From: Halogeometricum borinquense DSM 11551
GTDB lineage: Archaea; Halobacteriota; Halobacteria; Halobacteriales; Haloferacaceae
Direction: 5' to 3'
DNA: 32,000 nt
Assembly: GCF_000172995.2 (NCBI RefSeq)
Contig: NC_014729.1
Coordinates: 300,001-332,000, forward strand
Part shown: one piece after another, positions 27,871 through 32,000 of the stretch
How the letters are laid out: every line of letters begins with the position of its first letter
Position numbering within the stretch: the first letter of the stretch is position 1
Made by a program: the position numbers and the translations under genes
The notes under the pieces: model-generated
Seen by the model: only the letters and a program-made list of their open reading frames with translations
What the model was told of the DNA's origin: nothing
The model's database searches: none

Positions 27871-30087
27871 ATGTCTGCAGAGACACTGCCGTTCCCGGCA
27901 ATCGTCGGACAAGAGGAGTTAAAGCGGGCGCTGTTGGCCGTTGGCGTCAACGAACAGATCGACGGACTCCTCGTCCGCGGCGAGAAGGGAACGGCGAAAT
28001 CGACTGCCGTGCGGGCACTCACCGACCTGCTTCCCGAACAGACGGTGGTCGCGGCGTGTCCGTACGGCTGTCCGCCGGACGACCCGACGCGGCAGTGTGA
28101 CTCCTGCCGGGAGCGTGACGACTACGACGTGGAGACGCGCCCGGTTCCGCTCGTCACCCTTCCGCTCGGAGCGACCCGCGACCGTGTGGCGGGAACGCTG
28201 TCTGTCTCGGACGCGCTCGCCGGTGACGCGTCGTTCGACCCCGGTCTTCTCGCTCGCGCGAACCGCGGTATTCTCTACGTTGACGAGGTCAATCTGTTGG
28301 AGGACCATCTCGTTGATCTGTTATTGGACGCCGCGGCCAGCGGCGTCAATCGCGTCGAACGTGACGGTGTGAGTGTCGAGCATCCCGCCGAGTTCACGCT
28401 CATCGGGACGATGAACCCCGAGGAAGGCGACCTTCGTCCGCAACTTCGAGACCGCTTTGCGCTCCAAGCGACCGTCACCGGGTGCCGCTCCGTCGAGGAC
28501 CGCGTGACGATCATCGACCGCGCGCTCGACGGCAGTCACGACGCCCGAAATACCGACGGTGGGGATACCGACGGCGTGAGCAACGAGGCGGGACTGGCCG
28601 CCGACCAATATGACGACGCGGTGGCGACGCTCGAACAGGACGTACGAACGGCCCATAACCGGTTGGAACGCGTTACTCTCCCGACCGATTTCAAGGTCGA
28701 AATCGCGGAACTCTGTCTCGACGCGGGTGTTGAGGGTCACCGTGCCGATATCGCCATCGCCCGGACGGCGCGAACGCTCGCGGCGCTCGACGGCCGAACC
28801 AAAGTCATCGGCGGCGACGTTCGTGACGCCGCCGAACTCGCGCTTCCCCATCGGCTTCGAAGCCGCCCGTTCGACGACGCACCTGACACCGACGACGTTC
28901 TCGACGACCACTTCGAGGATGAGTCTGATTCGGGTGAATCCGGTGACGGTGAAACGGGAGATGACGCCGATACTGGCGACGACGAACCCGGTGACGGCGA
29001 GGACAGTGCTGACGGCGAAACGGGAGGCGACACGGACGCTTCCGACGCGGACGGCACCGACTCCGATACCGGCGACGGTGACGAATCCGGCGCTGCTGAC
29101 GACGACTCCGATGGGTCGCAACGCCCCGACCGAACTGGCTCGTCGGACGATGAACGGACGGCCGAGGAGAGCGAGGCGGAAACAGCCGCTGACGACGACC
29201 AGCGCGGCGACTCGCCGGACGAAGACGGCAGCAGCGACGACGAAGGGGACGGTGGCGACGAGGACGGCAACCCGGACGAAGCGACGCCGCTTCTGCCCGG
29301 ACAGCAGCGCGCGGCGGTCGGTGCGGCCGACGAACCGCCGGTGGATGACACGGCACTCCGCTCGGAGACGCCCGGCGAAGGGACGCGGGCTACCGTAGGT
29401 GAGTCGCGCCACGGACGTGGATCACGGGTCCGAACCGAACCGGCGACGAACACCGACGACATTGACGTTCCGGCCTCGGTCCGGGCGGCGGCGTCCAACG
29501 GCCGAACCCAAATCGACCGGAGCGATCTCAGAACGTCCGTCAACCGCGGTACTGCCCGAACGCTCATCGTGTTCGTCGTGGACGCGAGCGCCTCGATGCG
29601 CCCCGCGATGCGCGAGACGAAAGGCACCGTCATGTCGCTTCTCGAAGACGCCTACCAACAGCGAGATGAAGTCGCGTTCGTCGCAGTCGCCGGTGACGAG
29701 GCCGAAGTCGTCCTCCCACCGACTGACAGCGTGTCGCTCGCGGCGCGCCACCTGAAGCAACTCCCTGCGGGCGACCGAACGCCGCTTCCCTCCGGATTGG
29801 ACGCCGCGCACCGACTCGTCACGCGCGCCGATGCGGACTCGTCTCTCGTTGTCGTCGTAACCGACGGTCGCGCGAACGTCGCTGACGGCAGTCCGACCGC
29901 AGCGACGCGGTCGGCGGCGCGACACCTCGCAACCAGCGACGCGTCGGTGGTCCTCGTCGATGCCGGAGACGACGGTACCGGGTTGACTGACATTCTCGAA
30001 TCCGAAACCGGCGCTCGGCGCATTTCGCTCGCTGATCTTTCGGCAGAGCGAGTGTCGGAAGCCGCGGCGTCGGTTCACGACGCTTGA
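27871..30087 (+). CDS. chlID: Chelatase ATPase subunit, fused ChlI-type AAA+ / acidic linker / VWA (ChlD-type) protein
   Basis: 'LPFPAIVGQEELKRALL', Walker A 'GEKGTAKS', Walker B 'ILYVDEVNLL', and a Cys insert 'CPYGCPPDDPTRQCDSC'. A linker of about 150 aa rich in D/E/G/S/T precedes a VWA domain with MIDAS 'VVDASASM'. An alternative ATG is at 27856. The track start at 27766 overlaps cobN and is rejected. Confidence 0.88.
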   Translation: MSAETLPFPAIVGQEELKRALLAVGVNEQIDGLLVRGEKGTAKSTAVRALTDLLPEQTVVAACPYGCPPDDPTRQCDSCRERDDYDVETRPVPLVTLPLGATRDRVAGTLSVSDALAGDASFDPGLLARANRGILYVDEVNLLEDHLVDLLLDAAASGVNRVERDGVSVEHPAEFTLIGTMNPEEGDLRPQLRDRFALQATVTGCRSVEDRVTIIDRALDGSHDARNTDGGDTDGVSNEAGLAADQYDDAVATLEQDVRTAHNRLERVTLPTDFKVEIAELCLDAGVEGHRADIAIARTARTLAALDGRTKVIGGDVRDAAELALPHRLRSRPFDDAPDTDDVLDDHFEDESDSGESGDGETGDDADTGDDEPGDGEDSADGETGGDTDASDADGTDSDTGDGDESGAADDDSDGSQRPDRTGSSDDERTAEESEAETAADDDQRGDSPDEDGSSDDEGDGGDEDGNPDEATPLLPGQQRAAVGAADEPPVDDTALRSETPGEGTRATVGESRHGRGSRVRTEPATNTDDIDVPASVRAAASNGRTQIDRSDLRTSVNRGTARTLIVFVVDASASMRPAMRETKGTVMSLLEDAYQQRDEVAFVAVAGDEAEVVLPPTDSVSLAARHLKQLPAGDRTPLPSGLDAAHRLVTRADADSSLVVVVTDGRANVADGSPTAATRSAARHLATSDASVVLVDAGDDGTGLTDILESETGARRISLADLSAERVSEAAASVHDA

Positions 30088-30129
30088 TACTCTTCGGCTG
30101 CTGACTCCCGTCTTACTATTCCTGACGAA

Positions 30130-31356
30130 CTACCGCGTCGCCGGACGTGTGTGGAGTCGATACGCGCCGTGGGTGACGCCTTCGTCGTGGTATTCGACGG
30201 GTTCCTCGACTACCGCGAGAACGTCGTCACCAACTGCGACTGCCGTCGGGATACCCGCAATCGAATCCGTCTCGACGTGGCCTTCCTCGGCGTCGAACGT
30301 GTGGACACCGTGCGTTTCGGCGCTTCGCCGCCGGAAGTTCTGCGCCGACGGGATGATCGCGCGCCCGTCGCTCGATCTGGCTGCGCGGGCGAAGCCACCG
30401 TTGCTGTGCGTCCACAGTTGCTCTCCGTTTTCGACCGCGAATGCGGTATGTTCGTCCGGATGTCTTGCGTCCGGGTCGCGCGTCGATTCGGCGAACGTGT
30501 TGCCCGTTACGAAGACGGCAACGCCGTCGGCGACGCAGACGTGATTCGGATAGGCGTACACCGTCTCCCCATCGATGTCCTGCTTCGTCGCAAGGTCGAA
30601 CCCCCACTGCTCGTGGCCGTCGGAGTCGAGCAGGTAACCGCGTTTGTCACCGTGACAACAGACGGCGATATCGCCGTCCGCGAACGCCACGTCACCGACG
30701 CGCCGGTCTTCGTCGGTGTCGGGATCCCACGTCGTGAGAGTGTCGCCAGTTTCGCTATCCAGTACGACGAGACCGTCTTGGTCGGGCTTCGGACACCGGT
30801 TGTACGCGACGGCGACGCGGCCGTTCTCGACAGTCAGCGCGATTGGTGAGGCACCGACTCGGTAGCGCCACTGGACTGCTCCGTCGCGGTCGAAGCCGAG
30901 GACGACGCTCGACCAGACTCGCTCGTCGCCGTCGCGTTCGTACCGTCTGGCGGCGGCGATTACCCGGTCGTCCGTGACCGCGACATCGACGACGTACGGG
31001 TAGAAAAACAGCGACTCCTTCGTCGCGGTCCCGATGTCGTCGGTCGTCGCGTACTCCCAGCGACGCTCACCCGTCTCCGGGTCTAGCACGCGCAGCGAGC
31101 TATCTTCGCCGCGTTCGCCGACGACGAGGCAGTCGTCGGTTGCGGCCATCGATACGACGCTTGTCGCGCCGTCCGCAGACCACAGTTCGCTGTCGAGAGC
31201 CGAGTCGAACGCGGATACCTGTCCGTCGTTCGTTCCCACGAACACCCGTCCGGCGGCGGCGGCGACGGCGGACCGCGCCCAGTTGTGTCTGCTCGCCGCG
31301 GCTTCGAGGTCGCCCAGTTCAGTTCGGTTCGTGAAGGCGGCCATCGAGTCTCTCAC
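30130..31356 (-). CDS. Cytoplasmic PQQ-like (BamB-type) beta-propeller repeat protein
   Basis: Seven to eight repeats of the pattern 'v.a.D..tGe..W' (VSAFDSALDSELW, LRVLDPETGERRW, VLGFDRDGAVQW, VVLDSETGDTLTTW, LLDSDGHEQW, AVENGEQLW, TFDAEEGHV). There is no signal peptide. The GTG start at 31356 overlaps the upstream stop (GTGA). An alternative ATG is at 31344. Confidence 0.7.
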   Translation of the reverse strand: MRDSMAAFTNRTELGDLEAAASRHNWARSAVAAAAGRVFVGTNDGQVSAFDSALDSELWSADGATSVVSMAATDDCLVVGERGEDSSLRVLDPETGERRWEYATTDDIGTATKESLFFYPYVVDVAVTDDRVIAAARRYERDGDERVWSSVVLGFDRDGAVQWRYRVGASPIALTVENGRVAVAYNRCPKPDQDGLVVLDSETGDTLTTWDPDTDEDRRVGDVAFADGDIAVCCHGDKRGYLLDSDGHEQWGFDLATKQDIDGETVYAYPNHVCVADGVAVFVTGNTFAESTRDPDARHPDEHTAFAVENGEQLWTHSNGGFARAARSSDGRAIIPSAQNFRRRSAETHGVHTFDAEEGHVETDSIAGIPTAVAVGDDVLAVVEEPVEYHDEGVTHGAYRLHTRPATR

Positions 31357-31730
31357 TCCTCGACCGGGAACGTTTCGTGGAGCGTGTGGTGTGCTTCGCC
31401 GAGGTCTTCGAGGAACGAGTCCGTCTGTCCGCGGAGACGGCTCAGCGTCCGTTGGGCGTCCCGAACAGCGACCACGCGCCCACGGAGGTATCCGGACTGC
31501 GGGTCGTCGTCGTCGGCCTGCATCGCTTCCTCTTCAAGTTCGACGAGCGCGGCGTCGAGATGACGCTGTGCCTCGTCCAGTGTCGATGCTTCGGCCAGCG
31601 CCTGTATCGGGCCGGGTTCGTCCAGATAGCCTTCGAGTTCGGCCTCAGCGTGTTGTTTGACGCCCTCATCGACGGTTCCGGTAATGTTCATCAGTGCGAG
31701 TCGCAGTGCTTCGAGTTCAGCGCATGCCAT
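31353..31730 (-). CDS. Small acidic, predicted all-helical protein (unknown function)
   Basis: The 125-aa protein runs from the ATG at 31730 (MACAELEALRLAL...), 2 nt after the ferredoxin stop. The Arg-rich N-terminal extension in the track ORF looks non-coding. Confidence 0.55.
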   Translation of the reverse strand: MACAELEALRLALMNITGTVDEGVKQHAEAELEGYLDEPGPIQALAEASTLDEAQRHLDAALVELEEEAMQADDDDPQSGYLRGRVVAVRDAQRTLSRLRGQTDSFLEDLGEAHHTLHETFPVEE

Positions 31731-31732
31731 GA

Positions 31733-32000
31733 TTAGAGTGATTGGTGTACGAGGTCGGAGACGATGCGGTCCCGTTCGAGGTGGGACGAAACGATGCGTT
31801 CTGTGTCGTCGGGTGTCACGCTCCCGTACCAGATGCTGTCGGGGTAGACGGCGACGATGGGGCCGTCGCCGCACTGCCCCAGACACGAACTCCGCGAGAA
31901 GTGAACGTCGCAGTCGTCCGAATCTCGCGCGTGTTGTCTGAGTTGTTCGAGCACGGTCGCAGCGCCGCTTGCGGCACAGGTCTGGTTCGTACAGACGGCA
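31733..32000 (-). CDS. Thioredoxin-like [2Fe-2S] ferredoxin (5' end outside window)
   Basis: The frame stays open to the window edge: '...VCTNQTCAASGAATVLEQLRQH...SSCLGQCGDGPIVAVYPDSIWYGSVTPDD'. The C-x4-C ... C-x3-C pattern is typical of thioredoxin-like 2Fe-2S ferredoxins. The track's start at 31954 is an internal GTG. Confidence 0.75.
   Translation of the reverse strand, partial: AVCTNQTCAASGAATVLEQLRQHARDSDDCDVHFSRSSCLGQCGDGPIVAVYPDSIWYGSVTPDDTERIVSSHLERDRIVSDLVHQSL

Noticed and set aside
28900-29300. Reiterated GA/GC-rich DNA in the chlID linker, considered as a tandem repeat or CRISPR-like array.
   Set aside because: The repeats are short, imperfect and in frame within a continuous ORF encoding an acidic low-complexity linker. 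There is no repeat-spacer periodicity.

Overview
This is a haloarchaeal chromosomal window (class Halobacteria). The 16S looks Haloferacales-like from memory, and I cannot determine the genus. Supporting traits are about 60% GC, strongly acidic proteins, Tat/lipobox lipoproteins and mostly leaderless genes with a TATA box about 27 nt upstream.

Gene content, left to right:
- pyrD, a small AbrB-like gene, and the chromatin protein MC1.
- A complete rRNA operon: tandem promoter boxes, 16S, tRNA-Ala(TGC), 23S and 5S, then a hairpin/T5 terminator and tRNA-Cys(GCA). Long processing helices flank 16S and 23S.
- A small accessory block: a sequon-rich bitopic membrane protein, a standalone lasso-peptide-B2-like (Transglut_core3) cysteine protease homologue preceded by an unannotated 22-codon micro-ORF, a wHTH regulator, and a two-module Cys/His zinc protein.
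- aIF-1A and a SAM methyltransferase.
- A five-gene Dpp/Opp-type ABC importer.
- A solo TldE/PmbA-like protein and a small membrane protein.
- An orphan BtuF/FhuD-type binding protein.
- A cobalamin block, cbiA-cbiE-cbiC-cobN, divergent from a fused ChlI-VWA (ChlID) chelatase subunit.
- A tightly packed operon of 2Fe-2S ferredoxin, small acidic helical protein and cytoplasmic PQQ-like beta-propeller.

I saw no CRISPR array, transposase or integrase.

The most unusual observations, all made by eye and needing computation:
1. The Dpp/Opp binding protein appears to be a natural circular permutant of the family-5 fold.
2. An orphan B2-like protease is start/stop-coupled (GTGA) to a Trp-rich micro-ORF.
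3. A conserved-looking ferredoxin/helical/propeller trio sits next to CobN-ChlID.

The many long antisense ORFs in the track are GC-driven artefacts.
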